50,914 nt of DNA, taken from IMG/VR virus record IMGVR_UViG_3300047560_001018, positions 1 through 50,914 of that record; one strand, given 5' to 3'. The notes below the pieces were generated by a model, which saw nothing but the letters and a program-made list of their open reading frames with translations, was not told where the DNA came from and made no database searches. The stretch is from a virus. Lineage: Duplodnaviria; Caudoviricetes. Each line of letters opens with the position of its first letter. The stretch's first letter is position 1. Position numbers and translations under genes: made by a program. Shown here piece after piece: positions 1 to 8,468 of the stretch.

Positions 1-102
1 CTAATATGTTGAGACATAATATGTATTGACATATCACAATGGAATCAAATATGGTTAAATAGAATCATATATGGTCACACACAAAAAAAAGGAGATCCAC
101 CC

Positions 103-402
103 ATGAACCGCGTTTCAACCTTTAACGAGATCAAAGCTTTAATCCTCGAAGCTTATCCAGACTTCGCGGACTACGACTACGCAGAGATCTGCCACGCCGT
201 AGCTGATAGCTTGAACCCGATCTACTACGCTAAGATCGTGGAGATCTGGGACACGCTTGCCATGGATGATCGCAACCGCTGGATGGACTTCGGCTACGAG
301 CGCGGGCAGACTATCTTCGACCTTATGGCTACCGACATCTACCACTACCACTTCGACCTTGCCCACGCCGTATTCAAGTCGCTTAAGAAGGAGCTAGACT
401 AG
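103..402 (+). CDS. Ocr (T7 gp0.3)-like DNA-mimic anti-restriction protein
   Basis: Acidic 99 aa. ICHAVADSLNPIYYAKI resembles Ocr AIHMAADNAVPHYYADI, and TIFDLMATDIY resembles DVIRILQARIY (alignment from memory). AAAGGAG RBS. Confidence 0.65.
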   Translation: MNRVSTFNEIKALILEAYPDFADYDYAEICHAVADSLNPIYYAKIVEIWDTLAMDDRNRWMDFGYERGQTIFDLMATDIYHYHFDLAHAVFKSLKKELD

Positions 403-506
403 TGTGGACTTCTGCCCGTTGCGCGGAATGCGACCGCGTGTTTGACTTTAACAACCCGATAGACGCCGAAGAATTTATTTACGGACATGATTGCGAAGGA
501 GCTTAA
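402..506 (+). CDS. small putative Zn-finger protein (MWTSARCAECDRVFDFNNPIDAEEFIYGHDCEGA)
   Basis: Hand-translated. GTG overlaps the upstream stop, AAGGAG RBS, CxxC...HxC motif. Confidence 0.6.
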   Translation: MWTSARCAECDRVFDFNNPIDAEEFIYGHDCEGA

Positions 507-509
507 CCT

Positions 510-713
510 ATGCCACACAAGCGACTAAAGAAGCTAGAAGCCAAAGCTATGGACAACCTACTCGACCCTAGCACAACGATTTGGTTTGACGCACGAAACG
601 CTGAAGTGCCAATTTCAATTGCCATTGACTTTGTTAGGGATCTATTGGTAATATTTGATACCGAATACGGAGACCGCATTGAGACCAGCTACATTGAATT
701 GAAGGAGATCTAA
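510..713 (+). CDS. hypothetical protein
   Basis: ORF with AAGGAG RBS in a tightly packed operon. Confidence 0.7.
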   Translation: MPHKRLKKLEAKAMDNLLDPSTTIWFDARNAEVPISIAIDFVRDLLVIFDTEYGDRIETSYIELKEI

Positions 714-715
714 GA

Positions 716-1003
716 ATGTTTAACAAGAGCGCACTAGAGACACGCAACGACCTAGCTAAGTATTTCAACGCGGTAGACCAGCTGATCACGATCTGGTGGA
801 GCGAAGAAGATATGCACCTACTGGTAGAGAATCAAGATCTACCGACCGACACCGAAGATTGGCTACACGAGAACGCGGCGCGTGTCTGGCTTGAATTTAC
901 CCAAAGCGGCACTTACGATTGGGTGCTAGACCGCGCCATGGATCTAATGCGCGAGACCTTGATTGAATATGTTCGAGACGCACACAAAGGAGAGACCAAC
1001 TAA
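716..1003 (+). CDS. acidic hypothetical protein
   Basis: ORF with AAGGAG RBS. Confidence 0.75.
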   Translation: MFNKSALETRNDLAKYFNAVDQLITIWWSEEDMHLLVENQDLPTDTEDWLHENAARVWLEFTQSGTYDWVLDRAMDLMRETLIEYVRDAHKGETN

Positions 1004-1173
1004 TGAAGAGCTACAACACACACTGGGTCGCTGATCTGGCGGTCATGACGATTACGATTGACGAATGCCAGAGCGAGGAAGAAGCCGAACAGCGATCGTT
1101 TGAGATCTTGGAAGCTTACCTAGGCGAGAGCCACGATCTGTTTCACCTTGACGAAGTAGAGGAGTATAACTAA
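1003..1173 (+). CDS. small acidic hypothetical protein (56 aa, MKSYNTHW...DEVEEYN)
   Basis: Hand-translated. TAATG coupling at both ends, AAAGGAG RBS. Confidence 0.7.
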   Translation: MKSYNTHWVADLAVMTITIDECQSEEEAEQRSFEILEAYLGESHDLFHLDEVEEYN

Positions 1174-1388
1174 TGCTGAAGCCAATTGGATCTTGGACTT
1201 GCGAATCCTGTGGAGCTGGAGCTGACGCTAAAGCAAAGGATTGTTGCGACTACTGTATTCTCACGATCTTTAGTGGCTACCACGCACTAGAGCTTAACGA
1301 AGCTTTTGAGAATTACAACAACACAAACGATTGGAACAACGACACTTGCGACTATTCGCCAGACGGAGACAAAGGAGACACTAACTAA
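1173..1388 (+). CDS. hypothetical Cys-rich (Zn-ribbon-like) protein
   Basis: CESC...CDYC motifs, coupled start, GAGGAG RBS. Confidence 0.65.
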   Translation: MLKPIGSWTCESCGAGADAKAKDCCDYCILTIFSGYHALELNEAFENYNNTNDWNNDTCDYSPDGDKGDTN

Positions 1389-1672
1389 TGGGCTACACTA
1401 CCACCGAAGGAATCATTGACAGCCACGCGGCACTAGAGCAACAGCTGGCATGGCACTTAACCTATAACCACTTCCCACCTGTGCCAACGAGTATGATCCC
1501 CGTTTGCATTGAAGCGATTGAAGCTGGTCACGATGAAGACTGGGATCGCCTGATCTCACTACCCATGGGAATTGGGTATAAAGGTTTGACAGTAGCACCG
1601 GCTATTGCTATCATTGAATCACACCACCTAGACAGCTGGTTGAACAGCGATGAAGATTACGAGGAAGACTAA
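1388..1672 (+). CDS. hypothetical protein
   Basis: Coupled ORF, AAAGGAG RBS. Confidence 0.75.
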   Translation: MGYTTTEGIIDSHAALEQQLAWHLTYNHFPPVPTSMIPVCIEAIEAGHDEDWDRLISLPMGIGYKGLTVAPAIAIIESHHLDSWLNSDEDYEED

Positions 1673-1854
1673 TGGATATGCCAGAGAACGCACAGTATGT
1701 CATTGACGACTATTTGACCGCTTGCTGGTCGGATGATCCACGAGCGGAGAAGCTGGCCGAACAGCGCATGGAGAACCTACGCGGACAATTCGATGAAGCC
1801 ACGATCTTGGAGTGGACTAAGCAACGATCGGAAGCGATCTACGGGACACGATGA
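1672..1854 (+). CDS. hypothetical protein
   Basis: TAATG-coupled ORF. Confidence 0.65.
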   Translation: MDMPENAQYVIDDYLTACWSDDPRAEKLAEQRMENLRGQFDEATILEWTKQRSEAIYGTR

Positions 1855-2081
1855 AACACACGACCATGACCATTCGCGGCTTGATCAATTACCTTCAGAC
1901 CATTGAAGATAAAGAGCAAGCGGTGATCTGGCAGATGTATTTAGCCAGACACTTCCCAATCCCACCCAATAAGCGAGACCGCTTTCCACTAATAGCGGAA
2001 CGCGTTAATAGTGATGATTCAGTATGGGCAAGCGCCTATTGGTTAATTGATTCGATAGTAGAGGATGTAGTAAATGGTTAA
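1851..2081 (+). CDS. hypothetical protein
   Basis: ATGA-coupled ORF. Confidence 0.65.
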   Translation: MKHTTMTIRGLINYLQTIEDKEQAVIWQMYLARHFPIPPNKRDRFPLIAERVNSDDSVWASAYWLIDSIVEDVVNG

Positions 2082-2232
2082 TGAAGTTTTGGTTAAGAAG
2101 GGATCTACGATTGTGATCCGCGCAAAGAATGTAGGACACGCAATTAAGATCTTTGAAGGTAAGTTTGGCCACGATCTACAGTGGGCAATTGAGAACGAAG
2201 GATACACACTAGAAATGGCAGGAGAAAACTAA
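2074..2232 (+). CDS. hypothetical protein (52 aa, MVNEVLVKKG...MAGEN)
   Basis: Hand-translated. GAGGA RBS, fills the gap exactly. Confidence 0.6.
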   Translation: MVNEVLVKKGSTIVIRAKNVGHAIKIFEGKFGHDLQWAIENEGYTLEMAGEN

Positions 2233-2739
2233 ATGGGTCTGGATCAGTTGTTGGAAGCGCGTCAATATGTATCGCGCAAGGTTTACAACAAGGAAGCACA
2301 GGACTACGAAGCTAACCCACACTACGAGACGCTGGTAGCTGACAACTTCCCGAAGGACTTGAACAAGTTTGCAGAATTCGCTGGCGGCACTATCGCTATG
2401 AATGTGGCACAGTGGCGCAAAGCTAACCAGATCCACCGCTGGTTTGTTGAGAACATTCAAGATGGCGAGGATGATTGCGACGAGTATATGGTCACGCAGG
2501 AAGAGCTGGGCGAGCTGGGTTTGATCATTGACCAGATCTTGGATGTTCCAGCTGGCACAGAGGAACGTATCACTGTAGCTGAAGAGCTACTGCCGGTCGA
2601 ACAGGGCTTCTTCTTTAGAAGCTACGAGTATGATGAATACTACTTTGAGCAATTGGAATACACGCTGAAGGTAATCAAGCACTTGGCACAGAGCGAAGAC
2701 TTTGATAAGCTATCGTTCTACTATTCATCGAGCTGGTAA
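2233..2739 (+). CDS. conserved acidic phage protein (MGLD...WRKANQIHRWF family)
   Basis: Motif recurrent in phage hypotheticals, AGGAG RBS. Confidence 0.8.
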   Translation: MGLDQLLEARQYVSRKVYNKEAQDYEANPHYETLVADNFPKDLNKFAEFAGGTIAMNVAQWRKANQIHRWFVENIQDGEDDCDEYMVTQEELGELGLIIDQILDVPAGTEERITVAEELLPVEQGFFFRSYEYDEYYFEQLEYTLKVIKHLAQSEDFDKLSFYYSSSW

Positions 2740-2748
2740 GGAGACACC

Positions 2749-3090
2749 ATGAACAAGAAGACACGCGACTACGACCTAAATATGTGGTATACTCACGAAG
2801 GGAACGAGCTAGTATTCTCGCTCTATCACCTTGAGATAAGTATCAACGGCACGATTCAGACCATGACTGACGAGCTATACGATAGCTTCACTGTGCCACA
2901 GGTAGAGCGCGAGATCGTAGACCAGTGGATCTTGGACACTTATGGCATTGCCATTGATGAGACCGAAGACGCATGGGTTGAGCTGAAGCCAACCCACGAG
3001 CGACCACTAGCGTTGCTAGCACCGAAGACCGCTGGCCGTCTAGCTGACCTACCAGAGTATGAGATTTACGATTGGAGAGAACGCGTATGA
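2749..3090 (+). CDS. hypothetical protein
   Basis: AAGGAG RBS. Confidence 0.75.
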   Translation: MNKKTRDYDLNMWYTHEGNELVFSLYHLEISINGTIQTMTDELYDSFTVPQVEREIVDQWILDTYGIAIDETEDAWVELKPTHERPLALLAPKTAGRLADLPEYEIYDWRERV

Positions 3091-3293
3091 TCTACGCCGT
3101 ATACGAGAAGACCGGCTTTCGGCCAGTGTTCACGAGCAAGTCGAAGGCCAAGCTGGATGAATACCGACCAGCTAACGCCACCGAAGATGTGAGAACGTTT
3201 CAAGAACTGACCGAACGGCAGGTGCTGGCACTCACGCTAACGCAAGCTACCTTCATGGAGATGTTGATCTCTGAAGGGAGTAAGGCGGATTAA
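3087..3293 (+). CDS. hypothetical protein
   Basis: ATGA-coupled start at 3087 with GGAG RBS. Confidence 0.65.
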   Translation: MIYAVYEKTGFRPVFTSKSKAKLDEYRPANATEDVRTFQELTERQVLALTLTQATFMEMLISEGSKAD

Positions 3294-3303
3294 CATTGTA
3301 TAT

Positions 3304-3507
3304 GTGAACGTAGTTGAGAAGACGGGGCAATTCATGGGAGTATATGAGAGCAAGGACTTGGCATTCTCTGCCATGGCACACGCCATGGACATTAGCAAAG
3401 ATCCAGAGTTTAGCGCATTGACCATTGAATATCCGCTGATCTCTGGTAAGATTGATAAGCACCAAATTACAGTAGAGGATATTTTAAATGGCAAGAACGA
3501 AGAATAG
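3304..3507 (+). CDS. hypothetical protein (true start possibly ATT at 3289)
   Basis: ORF shares VxEKTG with the preceding gene; the RBS fits 3289 better. Confidence 0.6.
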   Translation: MNVVEKTGQFMGVYESKDLAFSAMAHAMDISKDPEFSALTIEYPLISGKIDKHQITVEDILNGKNEE

Positions 3508-3985
3508 CGTAGACGTAGAACCGATCGCGAAGGCTAGGCTACGAGAGAAGGCGCGAATCGAGGAAGCAAAGATCAGGGCGAAGGCTTTCATTGCAGAGCA
3601 GACCGCAGACGCTAGGGCTTCTGTGCTAGCGGCCGTTCGCGACGCATACCTTAGCGGAGCGAGCAAGCGATCAATTGCTTCAGCGTATGGCACTAGTGAT
3701 CCGCACACGATCAACACGCTGATCCAGCAGTCGCTGGCAGACGTGAGTGTATCAGAGGATAGCACCGGCGGTTCAAGCTGGAAGATCGCCGCGCTAGAAG
3801 ACGGTAGCTACTATCTACAGGTATGGAACTTGGGTGACGATAAGCGCACTGGTGAGACTACCATTACGCTAGATGAAGACGGCGTGAACTTTACCGCCAT
3901 TGACGGAGACTTGTGGGTTGCCACTCTGGTATACCGACTTGGCCTTGTGCAGGAAATTATGAAGGAGATTCGTGGACGAGCTTGA
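3488..3985 (+). CDS. putative HTH DNA-binding protein
   Basis: AVRDAYLSGASKRSIASAYGTS is HTH-like and follows a coiled coil. Confidence 0.55.
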   Translation: MARTKNSVDVEPIAKARLREKARIEEAKIRAKAFIAEQTADARASVLAAVRDAYLSGASKRSIASAYGTSDPHTINTLIQQSLADVSVSEDSTGGSSWKIAALEDGSYYLQVWNLGDDKRTGETTITLDEDGVNFTAIDGDLWVATLVYRLGLVQEIMKEIRGRA

Positions 3986-4196
3986 GCTGATTGACCTAGC
4001 TGAATACTACAGCACTGAGCTGGGATCTAATATTCTAATGGGTGTCGAGGACGGGGATGCGTGGCTGGATTGCGGCCGAACGAATGGCCGTGAATACTTC
4101 GAGAGTATTAATGATCTTGAGGATCGCGTCAAGCGGTTGTATCAGGAAAAGCTGCCGGACTACGACTACACCGATCCACTAGAGGGTTGGATTTGA
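3972..4196 (+). CDS. acidic hypothetical protein
   Basis: AAGGAG RBS, GTG start. Confidence 0.7.
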   Translation: MDELELIDLAEYYSTELGSNILMGVEDGDAWLDCGRTNGREYFESINDLEDRVKRLYQEKLPDYDYTDPLEGWI

Positions 4197-4268
4197 TCAT
4201 ACTAATGTTTGCATTAGTTGCGTTCTACACGCTACTGGTGAATAGGAACTTGAAGAAGGAGCAGACTA

Positions 4269-5642
4269 ATGAGACCACAGCTACCAAAGCTTACACTGGA
4301 AGCCGAGCAGCTAGCGGTATGCGAGAGGATTATCTCAGAGGATACTATGTCAGCCCTCAACGCCAGCCTAATGGGCTCTGGCAAGACTCTAATGGCTACC
4401 GAAGTCGCATTGAGGACAGCTTCTGAAGTCGTGCTGATCATCGGTCCACTGAATACCTTCTGGGGTTGGTATGACACAATCATGCGCCAGACGGATTACT
4501 TTGCCAGAGTAGTGAAGATTGACTCGAGCAAGAATGGCAAGATCGCCATGGAAGAATTGCAGACCGGAAAGCATGGATGGTATTTCATTGGTCGCGAATA
4601 CTTCCGCACTAAGGAGTGGAGCAAGTTTACCAAGATTGACTATGCCATGGTTGATGAAGTGCAGTCATTCCAGAACCGAACCAGCAAGGGATTCAAAGCA
4701 CTTAAGTCGCTGAATGCCAAGCGCAAACTGGCCATGTCAGGAACGCCGTTTGGCAACCGTTTTGAAGGTGCATGGGCAGTTACCAAGTGGCTCTGGAAAG
4801 AGCAAGTTCCTAATTCATTTTGGAATTGGGCGCACGAGTGGTGTGACATGGGCTGGTCGCCGTTTACTAAGTATGAGATCCTAGGCGAAAAGAATCCCGG
4901 AATGTATGCAGCGAACCTGCCATGCTATGTTCGTATCGAACCAAACCACAACCTTGAGGTAATCGAGGAGACGATCTTCGTTGATCTAGCACCGGCACAG
5001 AAGAAGATCTATGACAAGTTCCAGAAGGATCTGGTAGTGTGGCTAAAGGACAATCCGCTGGTCGCTGAAGTTCCAGTAGCTGCGCGTATTAGACTTCGCC
5101 AGATGACCCTAGCTGTGCCAAGCATTGGCGATGAAGGCGAGATCTACTTCGAGGATGACGCAGTATCTACCAAGTGGAACGCGCTACATGATCTAGTTAG
5201 CGATAACCCAACTGACAAGATGTTGATCTTGACAGATAGCCAAAAGTATGCTAAGATTGTGACTAACAGATTGAATGCCAAGTCGGCAGTAGCGTTTGAG
5301 TGGTCTGGCCAAGCCAACCAGAAGCAACGCGAGACGGCTAAGCAAGCGTTTATCAACGGCGATCTGCAGTATATCGTCGCTGTTATTCCGGCGATTGCAG
5401 AAGGCGTGGACGGGCTGCAGGAGTCATGCTCTACTGTCGTGTGGCTATCGCACAGCGACAACAACCTGATGAACCAGCAGGTGTTGGATCGCATTCGACG
5501 CCGTGGCCAGAAGGAAGCTGTTAAGGTTTACGATATCGTAGCCCGTGATACTTACGATGAAGGCCAGCTAGACACACTACTTAAGCGTCAGCTTGAGATG
5601 AATGGAACACTACGAGGAGGACAAGTTGTCGAAGATGAATGA
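4269..5642 (+). CDS. SF2 (SNF2-like) DNA helicase
   Basis: MGSGKT Walker A, VDEVQ Walker B, SGTP motif III, EGVDGLQ, QVLDRIRRRGQ motif VI. Confidence 0.92.
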   Translation: MRPQLPKLTLEAEQLAVCERIISEDTMSALNASLMGSGKTLMATEVALRTASEVVLIIGPLNTFWGWYDTIMRQTDYFARVVKIDSSKNGKIAMEELQTGKHGWYFIGREYFRTKEWSKFTKIDYAMVDEVQSFQNRTSKGFKALKSLNAKRKLAMSGTPFGNRFEGAWAVTKWLWKEQVPNSFWNWAHEWCDMGWSPFTKYEILGEKNPGMYAANLPCYVRIEPNHNLEVIEETIFVDLAPAQKKIYDKFQKDLVVWLKDNPLVAEVPVAARIRLRQMTLAVPSIGDEGEIYFEDDAVSTKWNALHDLVSDNPTDKMLILTDSQKYAKIVTNRLNAKSAVAFEWSGQANQKQRETAKQAFINGDLQYIVAVIPAIAEGVDGLQESCSTVVWLSHSDNNLMNQQVLDRIRRRGQKEAVKVYDIVARDTYDEGQLDTLLKRQLEMNGTLRGGQVVEDE

Positions 5643-5739
5643 GCTATGGTTGCAGGAGATGTATGGAGACTTTGAAGAAGGCGTGGCTTGGCTGGTGCCT
5701 GACAGCCCAGTGCAACCTGTGTCCAACCCAGATAACTAA
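5626..5739 (+). CDS. small hypothetical protein
   Basis: Hand-translated. GGAGG RBS before TTG 5626; in-frame ATG at 5635. Confidence 0.45.
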   Translation: MSKMNELWLQEMYGDFEEGVAWLVPDSPVQPVSNPDN

Positions 5740-5778
5740 TTATAGCTGCAAGTGTAGCTGCCACGAGAAGGAGAAGAA

Positions 5779-5934
5779 ATGATTAAGATCACTAGCCGAG
5801 GCCTTGAGATTGACAACCCAAGTATGGAAGAGCTCAAGCAGCTCGACAAGATCATGGAGTCGATCCGCGCTGAAGAGCGCGACCAGATCATCGCACGAAT
5901 CGAAGAGAAAAGCGAGTGCGTATGCGGGTGCTAG
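5779..5934 (+). CDS. hypothetical protein (51 aa, MIKITSRG...ECVCGC)
   Basis: Hand-translated, AAGGAG RBS. Confidence 0.6.
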   Translation: MIKITSRGLEIDNPSMEELKQLDKIMESIRAEERDQIIARIEEKSECVCGC

Positions 5935-6509
5935 TAGCGTGTGAGTATAGCGGCAAGGTTCGAGACGCTTTCATCGCGGCCGGCCACGACGCAATGAGTT
6001 GCGATCTGTTGCCTACCGATTCGCCGGGGCCACATTACCAAGGTGATGTATTCGATATCATCGACGACGGTTGGGATCTGATGATCGCACATCCGCCATG
6101 CACCTACTTGACTAATGCCGGAGTTAGCTGGCTATACCGCAAGGAAGGTCGCTGGGAACAAATGCGCGAAGGTGCAGAGTTCTTTAAGCGATTGCTTGAA
6201 GCTGATATCCCAAAGATCGCAGTTGAGAATCCTGTCATGCACAAGTATGCAAAAGAGATCATTGGCCAGAGTCAGGCGCAGGTAGTCCAGCCATGGATGT
6301 TCGGACACTTGGAGCAGAAGGGCACCGGCTTGTGGCTAAAGGGATTACCACTACTCGTGCCAACCAATAATGTTAAGGAGGAAACCATGCAGCTGCCATA
6401 CAGCGAGCGACAGCGAATCTTGAGCCTATCGCCTAGTGCAGATCGCTGGAAGATCCGTAGTGAAACTTACAGTGGCATTGCACAAGCAATGGCAGAGCAA
6501 TGGGGATAG
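5922..6509 (+). CDS. short phage-type DNA cytosine (C5) methyltransferase-like protein
   Basis: VLVACEYSG (variant motif I), AHPPCT (catalytic PC), ENPV (motif VI). Confidence 0.8.
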   Translation: MRVLVACEYSGKVRDAFIAAGHDAMSCDLLPTDSPGPHYQGDVFDIIDDGWDLMIAHPPCTYLTNAGVSWLYRKEGRWEQMREGAEFFKRLLEADIPKIAVENPVMHKYAKEIIGQSQAQVVQPWMFGHLEQKGTGLWLKGLPLLVPTNNVKEETMQLPYSERQRILSLSPSADRWKIRSETYSGIAQAMAEQWG

Positions 6510-6519
6510 GAGAGAACAA

Positions 6520-6798
6520 GTGACTAACCAAGAAAATAACCTAGAGGCTTTGCACATCCACATTGAGGGACTGCAAGCCACGCTCACTAAACGCAACGCC
6601 CGTATCACTCAACTAGAAGCACAGGTTTCAGAGTTGAAGATGAATCCTGAAGCAGGGGCTAAAGAAACTAAGGCTTACAAGGCTGGTTGGAAAGCCTGTG
6701 CCAATCATCTACAAGATGCGGCTCGTAAAATGGCCTATGAACTTCGTGAAATTGATAAGGAAGCGTTCAAAATCTGGTTAGAGGGAGAGAACAAGTGA
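6520..6798 (+). CDS. coiled-coil hypothetical protein
   Basis: AGGAG RBS before GTG 6520. Confidence 0.65.
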   Translation: MTNQENNLEALHIHIEGLQATLTKRNARITQLEAQVSELKMNPEAGAKETKAYKAGWKACANHLQDAARKMAYELREIDKEAFKIWLEGENK

Positions 6799-6983
6799 GC
6801 TGCAACCACTCACAAGAAACTGCTTACATCGCCTGCATTGATTGCGACATTGAACACGCAACATTGACGGAGCGTGAACGCATCAATGGCATCATTGAGC
6901 AATTTATTGAAAATAGCGACTATCCAGAGGTTGTAAGTAGTCTTCAATGGTTGCAGGATGTTATCAAGGGAGAGAGCAAGTGA
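6795..6983 (+). CDS. hypothetical protein
   Basis: GTGA coupling, GGGAG RBS. Confidence 0.65.
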   Translation: MSCNHSQETAYIACIDCDIEHATLTERERINGIIEQFIENSDYPEVVSSLQWLQDVIKGESK

Positions 6984-7207
6984 AGAACGCAGTAGAGAAG
7001 CTAAGCTTTACTCAGCAGTATGTTGAATGGAAGCGAGCAAAGGAATGGGTATCACACCAGTGGACGCCGGAGGAGTTTTTGCGAGAGGCTATCCTGCTAG
7101 AGAAGGAAGAGGTATACAACCAGATCTATGACATTCTAATGGAGGAAGATGATTGCACACCAGAAGTTGCGCTAGCCAAGATTCGCGACCTAGTATTCGA
7201 TGAGTAA
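6980..7207 (+). CDS. hypothetical protein
   Basis: GTGA coupling, GGGAG RBS. Confidence 0.65.
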   Translation: MKNAVEKLSFTQQYVEWKRAKEWVSHQWTPEEFLREAILLEKEEVYNQIYDILMEEDDCTPEVALAKIRDLVFDE

Positions 7208-7730
7208 ATACGAGTGGGAGGAAGCGGAGAACCATAATCCGTGGGGCAAGAAGCGCAAGCGAGGGACACACTGCTCTAAGGGCCATGAGTTTACGCCAGA
7301 GAATACATTCATTCGAGCGTATGACAAGGCCCGCGTATGCCGAGAATGCCGCAAGCAGTATGCTCGTGAGAAGTATCAGCGCAACAAGGAGCTAACCGGA
7401 GCGTCACGCCAGAAGAAGATCCGGCAGGTGATCATCGAGTATGAGAACACGCTATCAGCTAATGCTATTGACAAGTGGCGAGAGCTGCAGTATGCTATTA
7501 GTGAGAATGATCCAAAGTGCAAAGGTGCTGAATCTGTCTATGCAGATAGACAATATCCAGTACCAGAGGATAAAGCCGAGGAGATGTGCCATGGCTGCCC
7601 ACTGATCAAGCTGTGCTACGACTATGCAGTAGCGGCCGAAGTCAACCAAGGCATTTGGGGTGGCATTGATTTTACACAGGAGGAGGAATATGACCTTATT
7701 GAAACGCTCTATCAAGGATCTTACAGTTGA
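7200..7730 (+). CDS. whiB: WhiB-family transcription factor with N-terminal Zn-binding domain
   Basis: C-terminal C...CxxC-x5-C plus GIWGG; N-terminal THCSKGHEFTPENT...CREC. Confidence 0.85.
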   Translation: MSKYEWEEAENHNPWGKKRKRGTHCSKGHEFTPENTFIRAYDKARVCRECRKQYAREKYQRNKELTGASRQKKIRQVIIEYENTLSANAIDKWRELQYAISENDPKCKGAESVYADRQYPVPEDKAEEMCHGCPLIKLCYDYAVAAEVNQGIWGGIDFTQEEEYDLIETLYQGSYS

Positions 7731-8391
7731 TCTGTTTCTACAGGAATCGGAACGAGATAAGCAACGCAAAGTTGGAGCGAGTCAGATCTCCGATCCATGC
7801 ACTAGACACTTAGCAAAAGCGCTGGTTGGTGAGAAAGAACAGCCGGCAAAGTATTGGTTGGGAGGTAAGATTGGAACAGCTATCCATAGCTTTATTGAAA
7901 ACGCTATTGATACTAGCACAGAGCATATCTTTAGCGATGCTATTGTTGAGCGTAAGATTGAACTGGGTCATATCGATGGTTACGGTGGCATTAGCAGCAA
8001 GCCTGACCTCGTTCTTCCTAGCATTAATCATCTAATCGACTGGAAGACCAGCAGCCGCAAGAAGGTTAAGCTGATCAAAGATCTAGTCGACGGCATTAAG
8101 CAGAGCCCAGCTTCGGAGTATACGCTTCAGAAGTATATCGGCCAAACCCAGCTGTATGCTTGGGGATTGAATCAGGCAGGAACTAAGATCGATGATATCA
8201 CGATCGTGTTTATCAATCGCGACGGCACATACGCCGAAGATATCTGGACCTATTCTATTCCATATCAGGAAGATATCGCGGTTGCACTATGGGATCGACT
8301 AGTTGCCCTGTGGAACGAGCTACAAGATGGAGCTCACCCAGACAACTATCCACCCAATGAGCATTGCTTTAAATGTTCTATGGGAATTTAG
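7690..8391 (+). CDS. Cas4-like PD-(D/E)XK exonuclease
   Basis: GASQISDPC, GTAIH, PD...IDWKT, QTQLYA, C-terminal CFKC; AGGAGG RBS before ATG 7690. Confidence 0.88.
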   Translation: MTLLKRSIKDLTVDLFLQESERDKQRKVGASQISDPCTRHLAKALVGEKEQPAKYWLGGKIGTAIHSFIENAIDTSTEHIFSDAIVERKIELGHIDGYGGISSKPDLVLPSINHLIDWKTSSRKKVKLIKDLVDGIKQSPASEYTLQKYIGQTQLYAWGLNQAGTKIDDITIVFINRDGTYAEDIWTYSIPYQEDIAVALWDRLVALWNELQDGAHPDNYPPNEHCFKCSMGI

Positions 8392-8392
8392 C

Positions 8393-8439
8393 GACACGCC
8401 GTAACATATTTGACTACAATTGGTTAAATGTGGTATAAT
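8393..8439 (+). promoter_or_regulatory. sigma-A-type promoter for the replication operon, with upstream GACAC box
   Basis: TTGACT(8410)-18 nt-TATAAT(8434) with extended TG; GACAC at 8393. Confidence 0.75.
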
Positions 8440-8468
8440 GTATTTACACACAAATAGAGGAGGAATTA

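Noticed and set aside
26-65. Promoter at the window start
   Set aside because: TTGACA at 26 has no -10 at 16-18 nt spacing, and the AT-rich context makes chance matches likely.
980-1390. Similar C-termini (KGETN, KGDTN) as a protein targeting motif
   Set aside because: Explained by the next gene's AAAGGAG RBS and TAATG coupling being encoded in the upstream ORF.
4187-4426. TM-containing ORF overlapping the helicase start
   Set aside because: 158-nt out-of-frame overlap with the helicase and a poorly spaced RBS; cannot be supported, though not excluded.
7690-8391. CRISPR system implied by the Cas4-like gene
   Set aside because: No repeat-spacer array or other cas genes; stand-alone Cas4-like exonucleases are common in phage recombination modules.
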